Shown in pieces: positions 39,213-46,767 of a stretch of DNA of 64,000 nt. The notes under the pieces were generated by a model. That model did no database searches. It worked only from the letters and a program-made list of their open reading frames with translations, and was not told where the DNA came from. How positions within the stretch are numbered: the first letter of the stretch is position 1; each line of letters opens with the position of its first letter. The stretch is from Bacteroidia bacterium. GTDB taxonomy: Bacteria > Bacteroidota > Bacteroidia > Palsa-965. The translations under genes and the position numbers were made by a program. The stretch spans positions 27,584 to 91,583 of the forward strand of contig JAKLJE010000012.1 of the NCBI GenBank assembly GCA_023151315.1, read 5' to 3'.

Positions 39213-41594
39213 TCAGAATGAAAAGTTCCACGTTACAGAAGGAAGAATAGGGAAGAGCGAAACCTGCTTCGCGGTTACGCGGAGATTTCCTTCCTGAATG
39301 CTTCCTTCGTTATCGAAATAAATGAAATACGGATTCATGCGGTTGTAGATGTTGTACACCGAGAAGTTCCAACTGCTGCTGTAAGGTACACGGCGGAAAA
39401 GTTTTTTCGGTTTGCATGTATATGTTACCGAAATATCCGCACGGTGATAAGCCGGCATACGGAAACTGTTTCTGTCACCGTATTCCGGAACAATCTGTCC
39501 TTCGATGATGTAACGTGATTCCGGCAAAGTGATCGCGTTACCAGTTCCGTAAACAAATACAAAACTGAATGTCCAGCGTTCATTCAACTCGTAAACATTT
39601 ACAAAGCTCACATCATGACGACGGTCGTAGCGTGCATAAAAAACTCTTCCGTCTTCAATGTCCGGGAATGATCTTGTAGTCCATGATAAAGTATAACCGA
39701 TCCAGCCTGTGTACTGACCTTTTCTCTTCTTGAAGAAAAATTCCGCGCCGTATGATTCGCCGGTTCCGAAAACGAAATTATTATCAGTGTTGTTGTTTAC
39801 ATTGTCTTCTGGCAATGCACCAGGTGTGAATTCAACCTGGTTGAGCATTTTCTTGTAGTAGATTTCCACTGACGATTCGTACTGATTGTCGAAGAGATTC
39901 TTGAAGTAACCCAATGCATATTGCGTTCCGATCTGCGGTTTAACAACATCTGAACATGGAACCCAGATGTCTGTAGGAAGCGAAATAGGGGACAACGTGG
40001 CCAGATGCACATATTGGTAATTGTGTGTATAAGCTGCTTTGATAGATGAGGTTTTGTCAATCTGGAAGCGCACTGTAAGTCGCGGTTCTATTCCGTAATA
40101 GTCCTGAACTTTATCAAACTTTCCGTAGGAGACCGTGTCAACAGTCCGGCCGGTTACATCTTTCACGTAACGATCGAATGGACCAACCTGCATGAAGTAA
40201 GAAAAACGCATTCCACCTGAAACTCTCCAGCGTTCACTGATGTCCCAATCATCGTTGATGTAAACACCGGCTTCATGTGCGTATTGCTTTACGAGTCCGC
40301 CAAGGTCAAATACAGTTTCACCTGATTTCGCAGAGACGTTGTTCGGGGTGAAAATATGCCATGTGTACGCACTGCCGAAACGGATGTTGTGTTTCGTGTT
40401 TGGCTGATAATAGAAATCGGTTTTCACATTGAAATCTCGGATGCCTGAAAACAGTTTAAACTCGAAACCATCCTGCTCTGCAGCAAACTCAAATTGATAA
40501 TCGCTGAACACCGCTGTTGTATTCATAAACAGCTTCGGACCGAAAAGATGGTTCCATCGTATAGAAGTGGTCGCATTTCCCCAAGGAATACTCACATTGA
40601 AATCCGCTTCCGAATTTTTGTAAGTAAACACATCTCGTCCGAAATATCCGCTGGCAAAAACACGGTTACGGTCATTGATCCTCCAGTTTACTTTAGCGTT
40701 CATGTCGTAGAAGTAGTATCCGCTGCCGTTGAAGCGCGATGTTTCCTTAATGAACGGTTTCATTAAAATATCGATATAAGTTCTTCTGGCTGACACAATG
40801 AAAGAGGCTGTATCCTTCTTGATCGGACCTTGTACCGTGAGTCGAGAAGCAATTACTCCGATTCCTCCATCTGCCTGAAAGCGTTGATCATTTCCTTCTT
40901 TCATGGTGATATCCAAAACGGATGAAAGTCTTCCTCCGTACTGTGCAGGCATACCTCCTTTGATCAGATTGATATCTTTCACAGCGTCACCGTTGAACAC
41001 AGAGAAAAATCCGAATAAGTGTCCCGCATTGTATACGGTTGCTTCATCCAGCAGAATCAGATTCTGATCCGGTCCGCCTCCTCGTACATAAAATCCGGAA
41101 TTTCCCTCCGCTCCGCCTTTCACACCCGGAAGAAGCTGAATTGTTTTTAATACATCCACTTCACCCATGAATGCAGGAATTACCTTCACCTGCTTCATGT
41201 CCAGTTTCATCTTTCCCATCTGAGGATCCTGCACGTTACCATCAGCTTTATCTGAGGTAATTAATACAGTCTGCATTTGTTTCGATTTCAATCTGATCTC
41301 GAAAAATGTATCTTTCTGCAGCTTGATGTGTGTATTGAAAGGTTCAAGACCGATATACGAAACCGTCATGTCATATTCTCCTGCTTCAGCAGTAAGAGAG
41401 AAAAATCCGTAAACATTGGTTGCTGTTCCTTTGATAGGATCTTTAATCATCACCGATGCACCAATGAGTGCTTCACCGTTTGATTCATCACGGACATATC
41501 CGCTGATGGTGAATTTTTGCGTTTGCGCTTCTGCATTAAGTCTGAGGAAAAACATCATCAGAAACAGAATGAAACGGGAGTGCTGCTTTAACAT
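39213..41594 (-). CDS. TonB-dependent receptor with an N-terminal carboxypeptidase-regulatory-like domain.
   Basis: Signal peptide, CarbopepD_reg-like FTISGYVRDESNGEALIGASV, a plug domain, a roughly 600-aa barrel and C-terminal Phe. Confidence 0.85.
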   Translation of the reverse strand: MLKQHSRFILFLMMFFLRLNAEAQTQKFTISGYVRDESNGEALIGASVMIKDPIKGTATNVYGFFSLTAEAGEYDMTVSYIGLEPFNTHIKLQKDTFFEIRLKSKQMQTVLITSDKADGNVQDPQMGKMKLDMKQVKVIPAFMGEVDVLKTIQLLPGVKGGAEGNSGFYVRGGGPDQNLILLDEATVYNAGHLFGFFSVFNGDAVKDINLIKGGMPAQYGGRLSSVLDITMKEGNDQRFQADGGIGVIASRLTVQGPIKKDTASFIVSARRTYIDILMKPFIKETSRFNGSGYYFYDMNAKVNWRINDRNRVFASGYFGRDVFTYKNSEADFNVSIPWGNATTSIRWNHLFGPKLFMNTTAVFSDYQFEFAAEQDGFEFKLFSGIRDFNVKTDFYYQPNTKHNIRFGSAYTWHIFTPNNVSAKSGETVFDLGGLVKQYAHEAGVYINDDWDISERWRVSGGMRFSYFMQVGPFDRYVKDVTGRTVDTVSYGKFDKVQDYYGIEPRLTVRFQIDKTSSIKAAYTHNYQYVHLATLSPISLPTDIWVPCSDVVKPQIGTQYALGYFKNLFDNQYESSVEIYYKKMLNQVEFTPGALPEDNVNNNTDNNFVFGTGESYGAEFFFKKRKGQYTGWIGYTLSWTTRSFPDIEDGRVFYARYDRRHDVSFVNVYELNERWTFSFVFVYGTGNAITLPESRYIIEGQIVPEYGDRNSFRMPAYHRADISVTYTCKPKKLFRRVPYSSSWNFSVYNIYNRMNPYFIYFDNEGSIQEGNLRVTAKQVSLFPILPSVTWNFSF

Positions 41595-41737
41595 CTTGAG
41601 TTGGAGTGCTGCTGGGTGGCAAAATTAGTCATATTGCTTTGCGGGTTTATCCGTATTTGCCCGTTTCTTGATGGTAATTGAAGCTTTTTTAACAAACGCG
41701 ACGGTATTCTGCTAATGTTATCTATCCATAGACGTGC

Positions 41738-41781
41738 GTCTGGTCTGAAAGTTACTTGCCATCTGAAAAGTCTGGTCTGAA
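41738..41781. promoter_or_regulatory. Direct repeat GTCTGGTCTGAA twice, 32 bp apart, in a divergent intergenic region.
   Basis: Copies at 41738-41749 and 41770-41781. TCTGAAA occurs three times. Confidence 0.35.
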
Positions 41782-41873
41782 TTTTCCACTTTGTCGACCG
41801 GTGCTCATTATGTCACGACGAGTTAAGTGCATTTTGCATTCCCATTAAATTTTTGTAAAGTTGTTAAGGCAAT

Positions 41874-42263
41874 ATGAAATCACTTTTACCATCACTTTTT
41901 ATCGGCATTTCTTCACTGTTTCTCATCTCGTGTGAGGAAGCGCAGAAAGTTCCTGTCGTGTCAGCAGATCCCGTTCCTCAAACTATCCAGCCCGAAGCCT
42001 ATTCAGCTTCTGCTTTTGAGGTTGTGGACAGTACCGGGAAATTTCTCGGATTCGGTTATGACATTTACAATGGTTCAAAGAAAATGATTCATCAATCCAC
42101 TATTCCGGGAGAACCTGGTGTCAATGGATTCGTAAGCGCTGAAGAGGCAGAACGTGTTGCCAAACTGGTAATTCATAAGCTGGAAAGTAATGCGGGGTTT
42201 CCGACAATTAACAGGGCGGAGCTGGACAGTTTGAAAATAACATTGCAAACAATTACTCAATGA
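41874..42263 (+). CDS. Small hypothetical lipoprotein.
   Basis: Lipobox SSLFLISC. Stop overlaps the start of the first Kelch-like gene. Confidence 0.5.
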   Translation: MKSLLPSLFIGISSLFLISCEEAQKVPVVSADPVPQTIQPEAYSASAFEVVDSTGKFLGFGYDIYNGSKKMIHQSTIPGEPGVNGFVSAEEAERVAKLVIHKLESNAGFPTINRAELDSLKITLQTITQ

Positions 42264-43450
42264 AGAACATTATTACGCTAACCTTATTGTGCATTGTGTT
42301 GGTTGCGGAGGCGCAAACACAATACGGTTGGGTGCAGAAAGCGTCCATCCCGGCAACAGGCAGACATAGATCTACAGCATTGTCTTGCGGCAATCGTGGT
42401 TATGTTGGATTGGGACACATCAATTCCATTGTAGATGTGTTATTCGATGACTGGTGGGAATATGATCCCGGTTCTGATACCTGGTCGCAGAAGGCAAACT
42501 TTGCAGGTGGGTTGCGCTATCATGCAGCAGGATTTACAATAGGAAATGAAATATTCGTTGGAACCGGACGCGCACCAAGTTCTGTTTTGATGAATGATTT
42601 TTACAAATACAGTCCTGCAACAAACACATGGACACCTGTGGCAAGTTTTCCCGGAACAGCACGTCGCGGTGCAGTGTCGTTTGAAATAAATGGCGCCGGT
42701 TATGTAGGTACCGGATCGTACTATGGTGATTGGTACAAATACAATCCTGTTACCAACAGTTGGAGCGGAATTGCATCAGGACCGCCCGCTCGTATTTCAG
42801 GTGTGGGAATGTCGGTGAACGGAAAAGGTTATTGTGGTACGGGTGATGTTGGCGGAAATACAGGAGACTGGTGGGAATACAATCCTGTAACCAATCAATG
42901 GACACAGAAAGCAACATTGACCGGACTTCCGAGAATGGAAGCATGTGGTTTTGCATATGATGGAAAATGTTTTGTGGGCACGGGTGATGATTATTCCAGC
43001 GGAACAAACTATCAGGATTTCTGGTGCTGGAATCCGGTAACGAATGCATGGACACAGGTTACTGATTTCGGTGGTGCTGCGCGCCGTTATCTTGTTGCAT
43101 TAACTATCGGACAGCGCGTCTATGCCGGTACAGGAACCAGCGGAATGAATTACAATGATTGGTGGGAATATGGTTCTATCTCCTCGATTGATGAGCAGCA
43201 GGTGAATGCAGAAGTAGTTGCATTTCCTTCTCCGGCAGTAGAGTCGGTTACGTTGCGATCCGATGTTTTTCCATTGCAGAACATGACTTGTGTTCTCTAT
43301 GACGTGAACGGAAAAGCAGTTCGAATTGAGAATTTCTCCAATGAAGCAATGCCTGTCATTCAGCGCAATGATTTGCCGGCAGGTGTTTACACATTCGTGT
43401 GTACGGCGAATTCTCAATTTGTTTCAACCGGTAAATTTATTTTCCAATGA
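42260..43450 (+). CDS. Kelch/galactose-oxidase-like beta-propeller protein with a T9SS C-terminal sorting domain, paralog 1.
   Basis: Repeats of roughly 45 aa DWWEY(D/N)P.TN.WT.KA.F.G..R (seven to eight copies). C-terminal roughly 80-aa T9SS tail (AFPSPAVESVTL...GVYTFVCTANSQFVSTGKFIFQ). Confidence 0.75.
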   Translation: MKNIITLTLLCIVLVAEAQTQYGWVQKASIPATGRHRSTALSCGNRGYVGLGHINSIVDVLFDDWWEYDPGSDTWSQKANFAGGLRYHAAGFTIGNEIFVGTGRAPSSVLMNDFYKYSPATNTWTPVASFPGTARRGAVSFEINGAGYVGTGSYYGDWYKYNPVTNSWSGIASGPPARISGVGMSVNGKGYCGTGDVGGNTGDWWEYNPVTNQWTQKATLTGLPRMEACGFAYDGKCFVGTGDDYSSGTNYQDFWCWNPVTNAWTQVTDFGGAARRYLVALTIGQRVYAGTGTSGMNYNDWWEYGSISSIDEQQVNAEVVAFPSPAVESVTLRSDVFPLQNMTCVLYDVNGKAVRIENFSNEAMPVIQRNDLPAGVYTFVCTANSQFVSTGKFIFQ

Positions 43451-44658
43451 GAACGCTGCTGTTCATTATTGCGACATTGATTGTAACGAACATTGGTGCG
43501 CAGAATTCGTGGGAGAAGAAAGAAGCGTTCGGCAGCGACAAACGTTCGCGAGGAATAGCATTCGCTATCGGTAATCGCGGTTACTATGGGATGGGTGAGG
43601 ATACTGCCGATATGGTGCGCAATGACTTGTGGGAATATGACCCGGGAACAGATTCTTGGATGCAGAGAGCAACGCTTCCTGCACCGGGAAGAAGAGATGC
43701 CGTTGGTTTTGCGATTGGAAACAAAGGTTATGTAGGTACCGGAATTGATGCTGCTGAATCTTTGTTTGGAAATAACCTTAACGATTGGTGGGAATATAAT
43801 CCTGCAACAAACACTTGGACTCAGAAAGCAACTTATCCTGGAAGTTCTTCATGGGGAGGTATTTATTTCGGTTGCGGATTCACCGTGAACGGGATGGGTT
43901 ATATTGTTGGAGGCAAGCAGGGCAACTCTCAATATGTTGCCGGATTATGGCAGTACAATCCAGCAACTAATTCATGGTTGCAAAGAGCAACTTTCCCCGG
44001 AGGAACGCGCTACGCGATGAGTGCATTCACGATTAATGGTAAAGCTTATGCCGGCTGCGGTACAGATGAAAATATTCTTCAGAACGACTGGTGGCAATAC
44101 GATCCGGTAACGAATATCTGGACCCAGAAGAATAATTTTCCGGGAACAGGCAGATTCGCTGCCGCAGGATTTGCAATCGGACAATACGGTTATCTGTTGG
44201 GTGGATCAGACGGCGGTTACAAAGATGAATTATGGCAATATGATTACACGTCGGATTCCTGGTATCCGAAAGCACCTTATGGTGGCGGAGAACGTCGTTC
44301 GTTGGGTGTATTCGTAATTGCAAACGCGGCTTACGGATGTTGCGGAAGCGGTTTCTCGGGTAAACGCCGCGACGTGTGGCAATACGAACAGTTCCTCACT
44401 GACATCGAGACACGTGACGTGCATACAATTTCAGTTTACCCTAATCCTGCGTCTGATCGCATTACAATCGCAGGTGGTAATACTTCAGCTAGATATTCGG
44501 TTGAGATAATATCAGCGTTTGGAGAAATTGTAAGCATTGAAAATTACAATGGTGTGCAAAACGCAACCATTGATATCGCTGATCTCACTCCCGGATATTA
44601 CATCATCCGCATGACGTCAAACGGCGTTGCAACCAACAGCTCATTCGTAAAACACTGA
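43447..44658 (+). CDS. Kelch-like T9SS-CTD protein, paralog 2.
   Basis: Same repeat architecture. C-terminal tail ISVYPNPASDRITI...GYYIIRMTSNGVATNSSFVKH. ATGA overlap with paralog 1. Confidence 0.75.
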   Translation: MRTLLFIIATLIVTNIGAQNSWEKKEAFGSDKRSRGIAFAIGNRGYYGMGEDTADMVRNDLWEYDPGTDSWMQRATLPAPGRRDAVGFAIGNKGYVGTGIDAAESLFGNNLNDWWEYNPATNTWTQKATYPGSSSWGGIYFGCGFTVNGMGYIVGGKQGNSQYVAGLWQYNPATNSWLQRATFPGGTRYAMSAFTINGKAYAGCGTDENILQNDWWQYDPVTNIWTQKNNFPGTGRFAAAGFAIGQYGYLLGGSDGGYKDELWQYDYTSDSWYPKAPYGGGERRSLGVFVIANAAYGCCGSGFSGKRRDVWQYEQFLTDIETRDVHTISVYPNPASDRITIAGGNTSARYSVEIISAFGEIVSIENYNGVQNATIDIADLTPGYYIIRMTSNGVATNSSFVKH

Positions 44659-44667
44659 TTCATCATT

Positions 44668-45885
44668 ATGAGAAAATATATATTTCTATCCGCCTGTTCG
44701 CTGTTGTTCACCGCGTTCTCTGCAAAAGCCTGGATACAGCGCGATACGATAGGTGGAGGTGCAAGATCTTCTGCGTGCAGTTTCAGCATTGGCAGTGCTG
44801 CCTTCGTCGCTACTGGACTTGATAGCAATTCATTCAAGCGGAGCATGTGGATGTACAATCCGGCTACAGACATCTGGACACAAATGACCAGTCTGGGAAA
44901 TTCCACAGGACAAGGTCTGGAGCGTAACGTGGCAATGAGTTTTTCTATCGGGAATAAAGGTTATGTCGTTGGCGGACAAGGTTCCAACCCTTATTTCAGT
45001 GATACGTGGGAATGGGATTTTGCAACTGACACCTGGTCGCAGAAACAGACTTTTACGGGCGGCGGTCGTCGCGCCGGAGTGGGATTTGCTATCAATGGAA
45101 AAGGATATGTTGGATTGGGGCAATCTTCAACAGGTTTGCGTAACGACATGTGGGAGTACAATCCAACTACCAATCAGTGGACCGCAAAAGCGAATTTCCC
45201 GGGAACAGCAAGAAGATTTCCCGCATGCTTTATCATTGCGAATGTCGCGTACATCGGAACAGGAGATGACGGAGCATTCAAGTCGGATATGTTTGCATTC
45301 GATCCTGCTTCCAATTCATGGACTGCCAAAGCTTCTTTTACAGGAACACCGCGTTATTCAACCGTGAGTTTTTCACTCTTCGGTAAAGGTTATATCGGAC
45401 TCGGTTACGACAATACGTTGCAGAATACCGATGATATATGGGAATACGATCCTGTTGGCAACAACTGGATTTTCAAAGACAATTTCCCGGGATCAAAACG
45501 TGCCAATGCAAGTGCCGTTACAACATCAAACAACAAATGTTACATCGGTTTGGGATATGATTCACTGCTGCGTGATGACTGGTGGGAGTTTGATCCGCTC
45601 GTTGACGGAATCAATGACAACAACGGCCTTGCTTCGCGTGTTGAAGTTTATCCGAACCCTGCTCAGGAATTTGTTACGATCAGTATACCATCAACCGCTG
45701 TTCCGTTCAATTCAGATTATGCAATCCGTATTTATGATGCTGCAGGAAGAACCGTGTACTGCAGTAATGCATTCGGCACCGGCCCGGTGAACGTCAGTCT
45801 GGCAAACTTCAGCAGCGGCTCATATCAGATTGTTCTGGAGAACGAACATTTCGGTCGTGTTACCAAACCTCTGATTGTTCAGTAA
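44668..45885 (+). CDS. Kelch-like T9SS-CTD protein, paralog 3.
   Basis: Same architecture. C-terminal tail VEVYPNPAQEFVTI...SYQIVLENEHFGRVTKPLIVQ. Confidence 0.75.
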   Translation: MRKYIFLSACSLLFTAFSAKAWIQRDTIGGGARSSACSFSIGSAAFVATGLDSNSFKRSMWMYNPATDIWTQMTSLGNSTGQGLERNVAMSFSIGNKGYVVGGQGSNPYFSDTWEWDFATDTWSQKQTFTGGGRRAGVGFAINGKGYVGLGQSSTGLRNDMWEYNPTTNQWTAKANFPGTARRFPACFIIANVAYIGTGDDGAFKSDMFAFDPASNSWTAKASFTGTPRYSTVSFSLFGKGYIGLGYDNTLQNTDDIWEYDPVGNNWIFKDNFPGSKRANASAVTTSNNKCYIGLGYDSLLRDDWWEFDPLVDGINDNNGLASRVEVYPNPAQEFVTISIPSTAVPFNSDYAIRIYDAAGRTVYCSNAFGTGPVNVSLANFSSGSYQIVLENEHFGRVTKPLIVQ

Positions 45886-46118
45886 TGGAACAGATTGTTC
45901 GCGGACGTTACCTTCATTATAAAGGCAACGAATACGAAGTATTAGGAACCGCCCGTCACAGCGAAACCGAAGAAGTTTTTGTTTTGTATCGCCCGCTGTA
46001 TAACACGAAAGAAAAAGGTGAACACCAATATTGGATTCGTCCAATAGCGATGTTCACCGAAAATGTTTTGGTTGAAGGTAAATTACAACCTCGATTCGCT
46101 TTAATTGAAGCGTACTAG
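45885..46118 (+). CDS. DUF1653-family small protein.
   Basis: 77 aa, RYLHYKGNEYEVLG...YRPLY pattern. TAATG overlap with Kelch paralog 3. Confidence 0.55.
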   Translation: MEQIVRGRYLHYKGNEYEVLGTARHSETEEVFVLYRPLYNTKEKGEHQYWIRPIAMFTENVLVEGKLQPRFALIEAY

Positions 46119-46577
46119 TTACGCACGTCCGCCTTCAGTATTTACAGGAGGAGCCGGATCCCAGCAGCCTTGATATTTGAATGAAAGTTTGGAATAGTAG
46201 TCGGTGCTGTAAAACGCAACGCGATCCAGCGATGCATCAATTTCGCTTTGATCAATATTCGCAGTTTCACGCAATGTCAAAACATAAATCCATCCGTCTT
46301 TCTTACACATCCATGATCCGTACATCTGATAGTTGATTTCGAGAAGATCCTGGTAGAATTCTGCCGTTTTACGAGCAGGCAGAGCGCAGAGCGGACTCAT
46401 TACCTGAAAATACCATTTACCTTGATTGGCGTCTGAACTGAAGACATCGATCCAAACATTCGCGTCTTTCAATTTGTATGACCATTGTCCGGGTTTCTGA
46501 CCTCTGCACAATGCAGGATCCACTTTCAAACCGGCAAGACTGTTTTCGATGAGCGGTGTGATTTCCTGAAGATTCAT
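46119..46577 (-). CDS. YbjN-domain protein (putative sensory-transduction regulator or chaperone-like).
   Basis: About 150 aa starting MNLQEITPLIE. YbjN-like alpha/beta pattern. Confidence 0.5.
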   Translation of the reverse strand: MNLQEITPLIENSLAGLKVDPALCRGQKPGQWSYKLKDANVWIDVFSSDANQGKWYFQVMSPLCALPARKTAEFYQDLLEINYQMYGSWMCKKDGWIYVLTLRETANIDQSEIDASLDRVAFYSTDYYSKLSFKYQGCWDPAPPVNTEGGRA

Positions 46578-46767
46578 AATGATTTGTTGTTTAGGGTTTG
46601 TGATTGTTTCAAATGTGAAGTTAGAAGACAAATTACCAATCACAAGCGGAGAAAGCGATTTTATTTTGTGCATTGACAAAGATCATTTGCGACAAACGTC
46701 AATTCTTTGCGGGTAAACACAGCATGTTTTAACACGGGTTGTGACTTCAGGCGATTATCTTTGCCCG

